This document shows positions 12,901 through 27,900 of a stretch of DNA of 64,000 nucleotides, one piece after another. The DNA is from Catajapyx aquilonaris (Eukaryota): the NCBI GenBank assembly GCA_000934665.2, contig KZ538208.1, positions 1-64,000 on the forward strand, read 5' to 3'. Position numbers and translations under genes: made by a program. The notes under the pieces were generated by a model. The model did not search any database. It was not told the origin of the DNA and saw only the letters and a list, made by a program, of their open reading frames with translations. Within the stretch, counting starts at the first letter, position 1; every line of letters begins with the position of its first letter.

Positions 12901-15900
12901 TACAAAATTTGCAATCTCGTGACCTTTTTATTCTCCCTGAAATTTTATGGACGAGGTCCAGTATATAAGTTAGATAATAACTTGGCTCAGAACATGCTGT
13001 AGAGGATTTGGGCTAAAGTCGAATCTGCTAGATTAGTCTTGACGCCTATAACTACACGGAACTGCCCCCTTTTAATTTTCCCAACAATAACATACCTATG
13101 TTGACATTAATTAAAGCCACGTCTATAGCTTCATGGGAAATGCAATATTTCCTATTTGTTCAGAAAGCAACGTCTGAATGGTTTCCCTCGGTTTATCCTA
13201 GAACACCGTAGTACTCTGGAAAATACACAACTGCTGTGTACTGTTCTAGCCTTAGGCGAGTTAATTACTCCGTAGAATTCGTTTTCGGTGGAAAACCACG
13301 TTTCAACTGTTCATTTAGGTCTGGAAGGATCTCACGCTCCGATGCTTCTCTATACATGTTTTTTTCTTGCCTGCAGGACTCTCTATTATGCAACTGGTAT
13401 TTGGAAGGAGGACCTCCAAAATATAAGGTCACGAAGACATACGGCCTGCCTGATGTGCTTTGAGTAATTGTCCGAATAAATATGTCAAGTATACACTTAG
13501 AGAAATGTGAAAAATACGTGTGGTGCAATGTTTTCCGCATATAGAGTAACCAAAAAAGACTGGTTACACATAGTGTGGCATTCTTAAAAAACAACTTTGG
13601 TCGGGTTATAATATTTTGTGCTGCTTTGAACTATTGCCAAATGACACCATGCGAATAAACTGTAGGATGATTACAGTATACTTCCATATATTTACTCCGG
13701 TATAGTCGAAGGAAACAATTTGGAAGCGTAATACCATAGTTAACCGCTCATTTAATAGGATACGGAAAGCCATGAAATCTGTTACATGCTTTAGTTACAA
13801 ACTTTTATAAGCCAGTTACACTGCCTGTTCGGGTACTTTGCAAGGTAATGCATTGTAAAATTGAATTCTGGGATGAGCCTGTTATTCATACATGTATTCA
13901 ACCTCCTGAAGTTTAGACAATGCATAATTATGCAGCTCGAGTAATTGAAACTGCAAGACCATTTGTTCGTAACTACAGTAGAAGTTCAGTTGATAACATT
14001 TTCTTCATTAGGAAACACCTGACTTAACTACTTTAATAGAGTGGCATTTAAAACACTATTTAATGGATATTCTCTAATGTTTCATAACTAAAGGAAGTCC
14101 TTTAAAAATATGATATTCAGAACTTATTCATATGCGTGTAGTTCATACAATCTTTTTGGTCAATTCAGTGTCTGCAATGCATTTTATAAATAACGTGTTT
14201 CGCATTCAGCCTGGTCTCCCAATTGCATGTTTCTGCGATCCTACGTCATTTTCTCTTCAGGGCAAAGGACGAGGATGATATCAAAATAATCCTCGGGCCT
14301 ATAGTGCACTGAGTTCTACCCAATTGCTGCAGGGAATGCTTCAAAATCGTATTTCCCAGCAGTTGCGTCCATGCGGAGAAGAGCAATGCAAAGAGAGCTA
14401 GGCTTGCATAGAAATATTATTCTGCGCACAACTTAAGCGACTTTGTGACCTTTTACATTTCCCTCATTCAATCGCAAACTGCACTGGAATTTAGGTACTT
14501 TACAAAGCCTCCTAAAGCTCCGTACTTGGCCTACAATTTTCGGAATACTTGATAATGTTCATGTACGAGTTAATGAGATTACGAAAAGGCACTCAACTGT
14601 GAAGATGCATGGGCGCATTACCGAATATTCCTCCGGGGCACGCATTATGACTCTTGGTATATAAATTGCTCTGTTAAGACCACGCATTACTTCCGGGTCA
14701 TACACTGGGTGGGTCAGAACTATACTTGTTGATATACAGATTGGCTCAAAAGATGTCAATGTGCAAAATGTTCACATTGCAGAGGCAATGGGAACGGAAG
14801 AGTGTGGTAATTCTAGTTGGCAAAGACCTTGTCTCTGTGAATAACATTTGAAATTTTAATCCTTGCTGGAGATAGAAGGCCGGGGCAGTCTGCCAGAAGA
14901 TTCATCCTCATCCTTCTTCATCATCCAACAACCCGTAAGTGGTCTGGTTCGACGTGAGATGAATCAGTCCAGGAATTCCGGATCGGTTCCACTCTCTGTT
15001 TAAACAAATCGATCCATCCCACCATTTTTTAAACAAAAAAATAGCAATGCAGTATAATATTGCAGGTTTTTATACTCCTTTAAAAAAAATCTGCAGGTCT
15101 ATGGGCGCTGTCCCAACAACAGGCCAAAAAATCCAAGGGCAAGATATAAAAGCGCAATTCTTTAGAGGGTAATCATCTTTTAGGACGTATTTTTGGGAGG
15201 GTCGAGCGAAATAGTTTGCGACACATGGCGCTTTATAGGCGCCAAGTTGATCCCATAGTCCTGGACTCTGAGGGTGATGATCATACAGGCTCGGGTTCTC
15301 TCCTGAGCTTACTTGTCTCAAAGGCAATTTGGAGCTGTGACGAAGACGAGAGGTGGAGGACCTTGCAAAGTTTTTTGGAAAAGCTGTGGTGTGCAGGGGC
15401 ATGGATATTGGCTCGTAATACGTGAGAAGCATTTAGGTGAGGTTTCGACCCCCTTTTTCCCCCCTGGTGGGTATTGTCTTCGAGGAATTGTGAATGAACA
15501 CGATGGCTCTAGGGATCTTAACGGTTGTGTTGAGAAAGATCAGTGAGCGACATGCCTTCGCAGAATTCCAGCAGCTTTTATTGCTCCTTGAAACTTCATT
15601 TTGGCCACAGACTAGTTGTGACCAATTCGAGGAATATTTTCGCCCCCAGGACACGTTCGACTTGAATAATTCCAGAGCCTTTGGAACCTTGGCCCTTTCC
15701 GAGCAACCACTGGTAGACTGCCATTTCAGTATTGATGCAACAGTCAAGGACCAGGCCCTCGGGATCGTTGCAGGAAACCCCATTTGCACTAAACTCGTAT
15801 AAAGTTGTAAAATCTGCACCATCTCATATAATAACAATGTTGAGATAAGAGCAAGCCATCCCATTATATTATCTGTACTTTGTGCAACAAGGGGGTAGAA

Positions 15901-18900
15901 AAAAGGAGGAATTTAGTACAACTGGACGTGAGCAGAACATGCAATTGCAGTCCATTACCCTGCACGTGCCTTTCTTTTCTAGTTTGCGTGCCTAGAATCA
16001 TTCATTAGGACACGAGAAAAAGAACTACACAATAATTAATTTTCCAACAACAGACGCTTTTTGCCATAAATGCTTCCACACACACAAGTGCTTTTACATT
16101 ATTCACTCATGTAACGTGCCTTCTTACAAATATTGCGAGCACCTTCATACAGGGCTTGGGCCATTTTCATCATTATTGGAAATACAGGACCTTCCCTATA
16201 AGGCATTATACACGCGTGAGGTGACTCGTGGAGCAGTTTATAAACCCATTGTGGCCCGATTTTGTCATGAAACGTTGACTATGCTGAGCCGAATAGATAA
16301 AGCCGAAAAGGACGGAGGAGTAAGCAATATTGGGTAAATTTTAGATAATGAATATAGACAAAATTATGGTGAACAAACGGAAGGGCATGAAGTCCCAATA
16401 ATTGAATTACATTTCGATCTCATTTATCAGCAACTGCTAGTATTGTTTGATATATTTCCCAGTGTAATTCACGAGTAAATAATAAAAACACTACACTATG
16501 AATTCTAGTAAGTCGCATATGATTACGTGTATATATATTTTAATGTAAATTCGAGAAAAAAATTGAAAAGCGAGAGGGAGAAATTTTATACCGGAACAAA
16601 ACTTGCTTACAAATGCTTAAAAATAATTTTTATGTTGCATGTTTTTACAGATGGCTAGACCTATTGTTTTACAAATAAGCGAGCAAATTTATTACAATGC
16701 AGCATTGTGCTGAAGCGACTTGCTATGTAGCACAGAATGAAATACGAGTACCTGAAACAAATAGCCTAAAGGTGAGGGGCCAGAAAGTGAATTTCGTTTA
16801 CAGGATATACTGTAATTTTTCATGTGTCTATTATAATTATAGATTAAAGACATGATAGTGACAGCTGGTAGAGCTATTATTAAGGCACGATAAACCCTGC
16901 CGTATATTGGCTTCCAGTTTGACAATGAGTGGCAAAGGCTATATTATACTGTACACCCACAGGCTCAATGATGATGCTCACCATCAGTTCAACATGTTCG
17001 GGATAATTACCAAGTGCCGGTGAGGAGATAATGTAACCTTATCTGCTTGCTCTGCCTACGCAGTGTCATCACAATGAAGTTACGTACTTTCCCCGAAAAT
17101 TAATTGCACTTTCAAACTTGGCAGAGACGTCACTCCTAAGGAAGCCATGGAGAAGAAACGTGTCACTTAATTTTGAAACTTTGATCCCATTCTGAGCCCT
17201 TGCTGTATATAAGAGGTTACTGCAGAGTAATAGATCATATATAGGGTGCGATGGGAATATTCTCGAAATGGAGTATAGAAAGTGCATTGAAAGCAGAAAA
17301 TGTGCTGAATCCAAAAAAACGAGGTGATAACGTCATAGATCATACTGTACTACTTTCATAACTTAGAGCGTTTAATGCTCTCTCACAAATTCCTCAGAGA
17401 TTATTCTCTGATATGAAACGACCTTGGAGACATTTTTGTATTCGTTCCACTGACGGGGACAATGCTGCCAAAAAATTCTGAAAGTGTCACCTTCGATGCA
17501 GATTGCTCTGCAAGTTTATACAGTCAGCTCTGCCCACCCGGATAGTTTTAGCAGGACTCTAAGTCTCTAATCCGGCTGCACGGATGTGGAAACACCCCTA
17601 TTCCCCAAGCACAGGGTGGCTCACTGCCATTGTCCACATTCCAAGAAAACTGACCAATTATTTTCACATTAGATCCACGTAATTTGAGAGGAATTTTCTT
17701 ACAAGTGATTGAGTCAATTTTTCATCGATTTTATCTACCTTTTCTCATTAAAATTGATCCAATCGCGTGATATATTTGGTCAGCGGAAAAGGTGGGAAAT
17801 CATATCTCAAAGGCAATTTAGGTGCAGAAATAGCGAAAAGTACACAATATTAAAGACTTGTACTATACATACGATATGCAGGTTGATATATTCCAGCATA
17901 TCATTTTTATATTCCCAAACTTCTCTAGGGAACTGTAGTGGATCTATCAGAAAACTGAATTGATTTTTCGAGGACTATGCATCACATCTCTCAGTGGACT
18001 TGGCCATTTCACCACCCTGTACTATACCCACTGGCTTTAAATCCGCCTTGACGTTAGCCTCCTCTAGCTAATGCTCGGAGCCGCTTCCTCTGACGCCCTT
18101 TGCAACAGAAAAAAAAGAAGATCCTCAGAAAATCCTCAAGATATCGATTCATATCCTTGCTGCAGTGGTCCTCTTTTGCAAACAGACGGACAGTCCACAC
18201 TCATCTCTGGAGATACGTGCCGAATAGCAAGAGGTCCCTCAAACTTTGGCTCATTCATCCTCTTTCTCCGTGACGAGAATACCCCATGAAACGGCCACCA
18301 TTCAAGAGGTGGAAGCCCAACTTGATAGGTATTAGACTGCTGGTTTGTAGGTACTCAGGTTTGCACTTGGTTGTTTTAAGCAGTGGCCTGAATTTCAGCA
18401 GTGTTGCTTGTTGTGTCTCTCCCTCATTTTGCCCTCCTTTTTTATATGTTTACAGCCGACGATTTATGGCGGGCCTCTTTTTAATTCATGGGATGAGCTT
18501 GGTGGAGCCCTCGTCTTGTTTTATTTTATGACTGACGATCCTCAAAGAATGTGGAATGAAAGGCGCCGGCATAAATTTGTTGGTGAGGCTTGCTAACGTC
18601 GAAACAGAACTGAAGACTAGTAGGTGTAATTTAATGCTACTGAGAAACTTTCCAACAGGTCAGGGTAATCTACTTACAGTATCTTGTACGACAGAATGGC
18701 TTGTTAAACCCTCCGGCGTTGTTTGCCCCTGTCAAGGTTCAGACTTCCGAAAATGTATCGTATATCTGATGCCGCGGTAATCTTATCCACCTACCTGCCG
18801 GCTGCTTAAATATTCTACGCAGTATCGCAGCAACAAGATTAAGGCAAACATGATAAAATATGTAGAACCTTATGCGCAACGTGCAACCGCCAATTTAATA

Positions 18901-21900
18901 ATTGGTTTTAATCGGTGTCAGTAATATTTGGAAGTATAATACCTAGTTTCTTCAGATATTGTCGAGCTAGATTTTGGCATATTCCCAGAAGCCAAAATAC
19001 ATCTCGCTGTTCCGTTATACGGTTTTGAATAGAGCTGCTGTTGGCTCCACTTCGCAATTTTAGCTGCAACGTGCGTGCCTTTTCACCTTGGAGGAAACTT
19101 CGCGTCCTCAAAATGCCACGGGAATTATTACCCAAACGATTTCCGATGGATTCACTCAACATTAATCTTCGTTTGATCTGAATAGACATATTTTTTTGCG
19201 AAGGATGCTTTTAATAGCGCGAACCTACATGGCTTATCCAATTTGCACGGTTTTCACACAAAGGATGCCAAAAAAAATTTCATACTACTTTACAGTAGAC
19301 GACAGCGTTCCTGAAATAAGTGTAACCATCATGGAGCTGTGCAAAGCGCTTATCTTGTCTGTTTATACCTTGCTGCGATTAAAATAGAGCTGAAGAAGAG
19401 TCTCCCAAAATTTCAGTCGTCACGTTTTGGTTCAGAAGTGTACTTAAGCCTGGATAACGAGTGTTCCACATCGCCAACTGGAGCAAATACGAGTGACCAT
19501 GAGTTTGGGGACATTTTTGTTAGACTATACATAGTGTGGACCAGATTGCATTGAGCTAAGTAAGTTCATCAAAAAACAAAAAACAATTTTCCAACAGTAA
19601 CAAGATCCATTAATTTCCGGTTACAAATGGGTGCATATAATTACGTAAATCTCTCGAACTGTGCTTTACTAAATCTGCAACTTCCTGTGTTACAACAAGA
19701 TTGACGCTTTAAAATGGAAATAATTAATCGGAAGCACTGTCGGGTACTGAAAATCCCAACTAATTGCATTTCCCTGTAAATGTGAGCCTCGCTTTAGGCT
19801 TTTCCATTTTAAAATGATATTTGAGAAGCAAGGCTCTTGCAGCTCGTCAATATTTTCCTCAAAATGGGCGAAACCGTGGGTAGCGCTTTTCTCCATCAAA
19901 GCCTCTAATCTCGTCCAAATAGGATTGATCCATGTCGAGAGACTCAAGCACATGTTATGGACGGTCGACTTTTGCCATATGTCGATTTTTTTTTCTCCTT
20001 CCACAGCATCACAGCAAAACTTTCTTCCCTTTTCCATACTTTTTTTTACGAGAGACTGGGGGCGACAGTTTATTTCTGGGCCGAGAAACTCCGATCTCGA
20101 TTCTGCCTACCAAATGGAAGAGGATCCATCTTGTCATCCCAGATGACAACCCACCTCCTCCCCCAAAATTGATCCTGGAGATCTAAAAGGGGGGGTGTTC
20201 AAAATTTTCCCACCCACAGCATCCTATTCCCTGAAGGTGGTTGCGAAATTGCTGTTTCCCCTAAAGGGAGTTGCTTCTGCTAATTTCAAGCCCCTTACGT
20301 AGGAAGAAGTGCTACATTTCATAGCACACGAGTAATAGTATACCGGTACCTTAAAATCCGGGGGATGGAAATGTGGGTCAGGCAGACTTTAAGTGACCTT
20401 TTGCTTTAATTAAGCCTCGACAAAGCCTGTGTGGGCTGATATATGCAGGGTGACGCACTGCCCAAGACATCGAGATAATTAAGATGATTTTTTTTCCAGG
20501 AATAATTATTCGGGAATAATAACTAGGCCATGTATTCACTATTCATTTGTTGCAATATTTATTTTCATATAACCTGGTCACCGCTGGTTACCCCTTTATG
20601 GGAATTAAGTCGTGATGTAATGAATTAATGAATGAATTTCAAAAATGTTTACTTATTACAAAATTATTTTGTCCAAAAATCAATTTATTGAAATTACAGG
20701 CATATCCGTCGACGTCAATTCGCAATTACTGTCAAATTTGAATTAATCGCTCGAATTTGCTGCTTCGACTTATTGAAAGGTGTAAACAAATCCAAGCGGA
20801 AGAAACCTTTGAACTATCCAAGGCCGTTGAAAGTAATGTTAAATTCCAGACAACTAATTAGTATGCAGAAGCCATTTCTCATTTTCGTGATATCTAGACG
20901 TCAACATGTAAAGCGCGATACCGGTATTGCTGAAAGGGCTGAAGGTTGCAAAATGCGGATATACCGGTCTCATTTTAAATGCATGCCCTTTAGCAGTGTG
21001 GTCCGCAAGTACAACTGTACTTTGTACTAACTTGTATAGTAACACTCTAGAAATGGTTTCCTGGACATTTAATGGACGCGCCCAGTGCTGTGTTAAAAAA
21101 ATGATGCCCTTGAATTCTGCTTATTTCATCCGTTTAATGGGTGACAATAACAAGGACGATAATGCTTGTTTCTAGTTCACTTGCATCTCCCTCAGGCAAA
21201 ATTTCACCTGCGTATGTGGCGCAATTTTTTGTAGTTTATATCGAAGCGCACTCTGTTTATTGCGATCGTAAACTTTTTTTTGGTGACGTCATTGGTATAA
21301 GGTGCGGAATGTCGCATTGCTGGATTCGCTTCAAATGAACGAATTTATTTCGAGCCAGCTTTTGTGACGGAAATGGATTGGAAGAATGTTCTTTCAATTG
21401 CAAATACTTCGAACGTTTCACGATCATACATCTCTTACTTTGACGCTGATGCAAGCCACATCTGTCATTGCCAGGCACAATCAACATCCCTTAAGCTCCT
21501 GCAAAAACCTTTCAAATAATATATTCAGATCTTTTCAAAATGCATTTCAGATCCGTATGCGGCAGTCATAACAATTCGAGAAAAATATTATTTTTCTGAT
21601 GAATGTATACGTTACAAAAATATGGCTTCGTCTAGATTTATTTTTAAATATGTATTTATGCGTACAATGTTTGAGCAACTGGAGCAATGCACCATCCTTT
21701 ATCAATATCTGCTGGTATTACATTTCATCCGCTCACGATGCTTCCCCTTTGTGAAAATGTGTAATACCACATTACAGTAATTACCTGCGAGTCGGAAAGT
21801 ACATGCACAAACGTTATAAACATTTCGTGGATTCCGCAAATCCGTCACAGGCAACGTGCCTATCTGACAAGTTAATTAGAAAGCATCCTTCATTAGCTCG

Positions 21901-24900
21901 GTATGTTTAAAGCATTGTCGTGGTCACCTCTCCAATAACAAAGCTCATTAAACGCAAGAATCCCCATTCCCCCACAAATTTTATGAAGTTCTCGGGAATA
22001 ATCATGACTTGGTGAATCTATTTTCCACGAAAAGAATAGACGCTCCTTGTGGGCCTGACGTCTTCAAGAGATATCGAAAGTGCAAGAAAAGCAGAGCTGG
22101 AAAGGTTTTATTACGAGAGCAGCTTCGCAGACCCCCTGCAGAATCTAGGGGGTAATCTGGAGACAGTTTTAGAAAGTGAATGGCGGAGTTTCAACCTTGT
22201 AACTAGATGGCACGAAAAAGGGGCGTCTTTATGGTTCCTTCGAGCCCGCAATAGAACATAGGGAAGGTACGGAAGGGGGGGGGGGGTTGTATTAGCATGT
22301 TAGAGACAAGACCAATTTACTGGAAAGGACCACCTTTCCATTTCAAGTGTGGCAAACTTCATGTTTTATGCGCATCTGAATTATGAGCATTTTGGGTGGA
22401 TGGAGAGGTTTTGTTATGCACTGCAAAGCTCAAATTTGGATCTGATTGCACGTGCCTGAAACTCGGTCATAAGGACTAAAATATGTCAATTTTGTTTGCA
22501 ATATTCAACACTGTACAGGAAACTAATAATAATGTCATTGCAAGCCAGGTGTTGTTGTCACACGGGTAACAGTAGAGTTTCCAATGTGATGAAATACTGT
22601 AAGGGCAAAAGCCACATTGCGATTAAGTTACGCGATCGATGTACAGAGCATTGTATGTTCTTCGATATGATGCAACTACTCATTCTGTAATGTACTAGTT
22701 TTACGTACGTTATGACGTTCGCAGTTGGCAATATCACATGAAACGGCATGTAATAATCAATCGTGATTATTTTTTAATGTCGCTCCCTAAAATAGTCTGC
22801 CTCAATGCACTATATCCTACACCATTATCACGCGATAGTCACAATGAGCAGTCCTCCAAAAAAGATCAATGGTAATGACGTCGTCATGGGCCGGCAATGA
22901 CACCACATAGATCATCATTATACAATAGAACATACCATTTTCCCGATCTGATATAATCCTAAACGAGGATATTACACCCGAAAAAAAAATTCAGAGCGTT
23001 AACCCGTCTAGACCTTAGTTACAATAGCACATGCTTTCGTATTGTCTCTCTTCCGGCATCTATTGGCCAAAAATCCTTTACTCTGACAGCAGAATCATCA
23101 GTCACACAGGTTGTGTTCGAGTGCCAAATGTTGCAGATTCTTCGCGAATTCTTGACGCGTGGTTGACGTCGTAGAAATATTGCCTATCTTAAAATGTCTC
23201 GTAAATGTCAGTCTCCAGAGTGTGTTGAAGAACTTGCGTGATGCGTTCCAGTAGCCTATATTTTGGCGTCAGACTGATCCACGTGCTATCGCTTTGCTTA
23301 TAGTATCCATAAGTGGAAGAGTCTAGGAGTTGGGGGAATTGTGTCTTGTCTCTTCAGAAAAATGACCTGGAGGGGGCCTGACAAAAAAGGGCTCCAGGGG
23401 GCAGTTCTCCAGAAGCAAGGGATGGCTTTTTCCAACTTGTTCATTCCGAAGAAGAAGAAAAAGCCTTGCCCTGATGGCTGTGCCTAGAGGCCATTTTCAA
23501 GATTCAACTTTTACAGGCCTATATACATAAAAAAGAGGAAGACGATGAAAAAAGAGGCATAGTTTTTGCCACAAGGCTGTCGATATTATTGGTATCTGAA
23601 GAGGGTGAAAAAATGGGCAATTATTGCAAACCTGGTTAAAGCAAATTATGATTACGTGCAGGAATTTGCAATACATAATCTGACATAATTTTTCTGAACC
23701 TGGGTGTGCTAATTAAATTGCGTTTTAAAGCAATGAGAGGCACTCGAATATTCCCAAGAATGTGTAATAAAAGCGAGACGTAATAAATCGTGGGAGCCAG
23801 TGTAGTATATATAGGCAGTTAAGTTAACCTCAATAATTCAGTATTATAAAACAATGAATAAGCTTACAGTGTAGGTTCATTGGCTCTAGAAATAGTTCGG
23901 TGGATTGTCCGAGGGCAAGGTCCTACAGTTAAGCCCTTGACCACAATGAGAGCTAATAGATATTTTATGACTCTATTTTTTTCCTCATACTCATTGGAAC
24001 GAGGAAATAAATCGCCTGAAGAAGCAGATAGTCAAGATATTTTTTAAGCTCGTAACTTTCACACGGATTTATTTCTCATTATATCGAATGGGTGTTGCTA
24101 TTCCTTCAAAGTCTGTGATATACGGCATGTATCGATCTATCCAATCAGTGCTCTCGATCTCAGTGCAGTAGAGGGAAAAAGGTTCATGCCTGGATCCCAT
24201 TTCACGTGAAAATTCAGCCAATATCCAACCACCCATTTCAGAACAAGTATCAACAGCTGCAATGATCAATTCACCTATAAAATTCATTGCACCAATTATT
24301 AGCAGCTTATTTAATCTTGTACAGTATACCCTAATGAGCGGAAGGAATTGCACTTATGATGCAATCCTGATTACGAAACTGCATAATTATGTAAGAGCAT
24401 GGCTCATTAGAGTAATAGTTTCATGAATTATGTGAGCACACTCCAGTGCAATCCACACCTTCCAGCAGCCTTCCACCTGTGAATAGGCCTGAGCAAACAC
24501 AAGCCCTTGTTTTTGTTGCTACTACCAGTCCCCCATTGTGGTGGCAAAGTGCTTGCCTGGAAAAACACCCCCCCTTCTCTATATCTCCTGTGAAGTCATC
24601 TCCCCTACAACCCTGACGTCCCAATTTGCGCAGAACCGTTTGTAGAGCAGTAAAGTTTGGTCAGTAAAAGGAGGAAGGCCTATGTGAATAAGGCAAAAAA
24701 AAGCTACACATACAGTGTTGCACATGCAGGGATCGCGTGACCGCTTTTGAAGTCAATGCTAATCAATGTAGTAGCATCTTTCTAACGTCACAGCAGCACG
24801 GAATAGCATCAATAGTTAAAGTGATGCGGAAATGGCTTCATCGTTAATGTGTCACAGATAATTGGGATGGATGATGTCGAAAGTTTCGTCATTTTTTGGG

Positions 24901-27900
24901 GTTCAAAATATTGCGGTTGTCAAAGTTCGTGTTAATTAGCTGCAATGTCGTAACCTTGAAAAGTTGTAGGGTGTTAAAAATTTAGTGAAGTTAACTGAAA
25001 GTACAAAACTGTGATTGGCAGCTGTAATTATATTGTCAGCCAATTTGCATACCGTGCATATAACACCCGATCTAATATGCAAGAGCCAGCATTTTTTTTT
25101 GTCCCACGTAACCTCACCAAACACGGGTGTCGCCATTAGTCTATTGATAACAATCTGTATTCACTACCCCATGTTCAATAGACAGAAAAAAACCGGGGAG
25201 CACAAACTAACAATGCATATATTTCATTGATTAAACACCGAAGTGGATGACATAATGCAATCCTGATTGAGCCAGATTACCCGAGAAAGTGCATTCAAAA
25301 TGAACATCCCTCTCTCACTCTCCATGTGGAAAAACCTCGTCAAAATTGAGCTTATTATTTCTTGGCCACTACACTCGCTATAATTTTGTCCAACAATAAA
25401 ACTTCACAAGTGTACTGATCATTATGGAAAATCACAAGTGTCATTGAGCTATAATTGGAACTTTTTGTCTGGTTATTTTGGTCGTATGTTACTGGAATTG
25501 GGTTCAAAAATACTGGAAATTCTCGTAAAAACGGAAGCATATCGCAATATCCTTTCTCAAAAACAAAAAAAACTCTCGAAAAATCCTTCCGTAACATACG
25601 TGGGCCACAATGTCGAAAGATCTTGGCACCCTCCAGGCCTTTGGCACAGTTACCTCAAAAGTGCGTCACACCACAAAATTTTCTGCGGACTTCTTATGAC
25701 CGCAACTATAATCTGGCAACTCACCAATGATAAGTGTGAGCATGTCCGCCACGGCCAGGTTGAATAGGTAGTAATTAGTAGCCGTCTGCATATACTGGTT
25801 CTTGGCTATAACCAGACAGGTGCTCCCGTTGCCAAACACTCCCGTTATGAAAATCAGGACATACACGACCGTCATAGGTATTAAGGAGTTGAACGGAAGA
25901 TGTTTAGGTCCAAGGTACGCTTCCAGGTACGCCTCCAGGTTGCCACTGGAGTTAACCTGGTCCTGGTCCTCAAACCACTCGGTCCTCTCCGTACCGTTCA
26001 TTCCGAACAACATTGCACTCATCACCTACACTCGCACACACGGTACATTCCGCTCTCTCTGAGCGCCGCGACACGACTGACTCAGCCCCGCTTTAGCTAG
26101 TCGCAACCACACAAAACGCGCGCACCACCACCTGACCATAACCGGAATCTCAACCTCGTGGACCGCTATTGTCATCCATGTTTGGACCTATCGCTTGTCA
26201 GACCATGACGGCCAGAACCGCGATAGAAACTGATATCTTCCGAGCTTTTTCCGCTATAGAACGACATATTGACAAAGCCAACCGTCGCGTCGTAGGGCCT
26301 CACATAAATTCGCCATTTTAGCTTGATATCGCCTATAAAATATTTGGTCAAGTTCCTTTAAGGTAGTATCCTTATTAAGCCCAATTAACTGATGAGGGCG
26401 TGGGAATATGCGGCCACCAAGTCGGGTGATATATCCTAGTTGAACTTGAAGGCTTCGTTATAATGACAAAGGCGGCGTTTATCATGGGGGGCCGCTGTAT
26501 AATAAAGCAAGGAACTGTCAAGACCTCCATCGGGACGCTAAAGTCGCCGGCACGTAATGGACAACATTGTTATGAGACGGAATGATCCGAGAAGCTGTGT
26601 GTTGAATAACCATGAGGGGGGTTTTTGAGACAGGTCAAACCCCAAGGACGCGATGGGTAGCAATCAACAAAGGAAAATAATGTCATTAAATTTTGTAATG
26701 TTTGACCCCCTACGTATAATGCGGATGTTTGAAAACACCGCCAACTTGAGATTGCAGGGAAAAACCTTGATTTGTAAATTAGAATGTACAGGGTGTTCAC
26801 CCCAGAGCATGTGCTTGAATATTCCTTATGTCTGACCGGACAAAAACTTTTCATATTAGCATCTTTGTTCTACATGATTGCAAGACAAGTTCATGGACAA
26901 ATTGTCCGGCCATTGACCATAAAAGGATACGAAACAGATGTTGCCCTTCACTATCATGGCGTCCTTAACAAACAAAACATGCCCATTTCCCTGAAGTGTA
27001 TAAGTCGATTGTAATTTTTTTTTCTTCAAAAAATATTTGTTCGTTGAGTAATAAGCAACATTTGGCAACTTTAACCCTCAGGATGAATTCGCTAGTCTAA
27101 ACCGGTGCACGAAACGCCTGCTTCAAACCACCTATCACGTATCGAGTAATTACTACATTTTCATCAAAATTTCTGCCCCCTTCTTGTTACGAGCCTAGGC
27201 ATTGTTATAATACGGTCACGCAGGTGGTATGCTCGTTGGCATGTCACGAAGAGGAGAGAAAACTGAGCAAATGAACCGGATTTTTTGGGAGGAGGAGCGC
27301 TGCCCATTATCCCGTTACTCTCCCAATACTAATGAGATGCTCGGTGCTAAAATTTTCGCGAACCCGTGCTAGTTACAGTAATATGAAATTTCAAACTGCA
27401 TATAACACCTACTGGCAAAATTAGCCTGGTGTAAAATGAAATATGGTCGAAAACAAACTAATGGCAGTGGGGTAAAGTTTTATTGATATTCCGGTGTTAT
27501 TACCCAGAGGACAGGGATTGTTTTCAGTAGTTTCCCAGTGCAAATAGAGTCAAAAGCTTCTGCGGTTCTGCAGTCCTAATCTGCCTACGGGAGTGTTTAC
27601 CCAGAACACAGTAGCAGGTAACTTGGTTTGTTATTTTGGTTTGGCAGTGCGAATGGAGGTGAAGGTTGCGGCGGTGAATAGCAAAACTTTGTTAAGGGAT
27701 TATCTGCAACAATAATCCGCATTGATGTGCTCGTGAATGTCAATTTACGACAAAATTGGTGCGGGCTTAAGGAATATGGGATTAATAAAAAATGCCTTAA
27801 TACTGCTATAATCGGGTTATTCTACGGTCTGGTGGAGAAGAGTGTGCTGTTAAAACCATATTTTATGAAGATGGTGAAATCTATTAAATCATGATTAATC

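Noticed and set aside
15070..15864. Overlapping 100-143 aa ORFs on both strands
   Set aside because: No recognisable domain, transposase or RT motif, and no convincing splice structure; probably chance ORFs in an intron.
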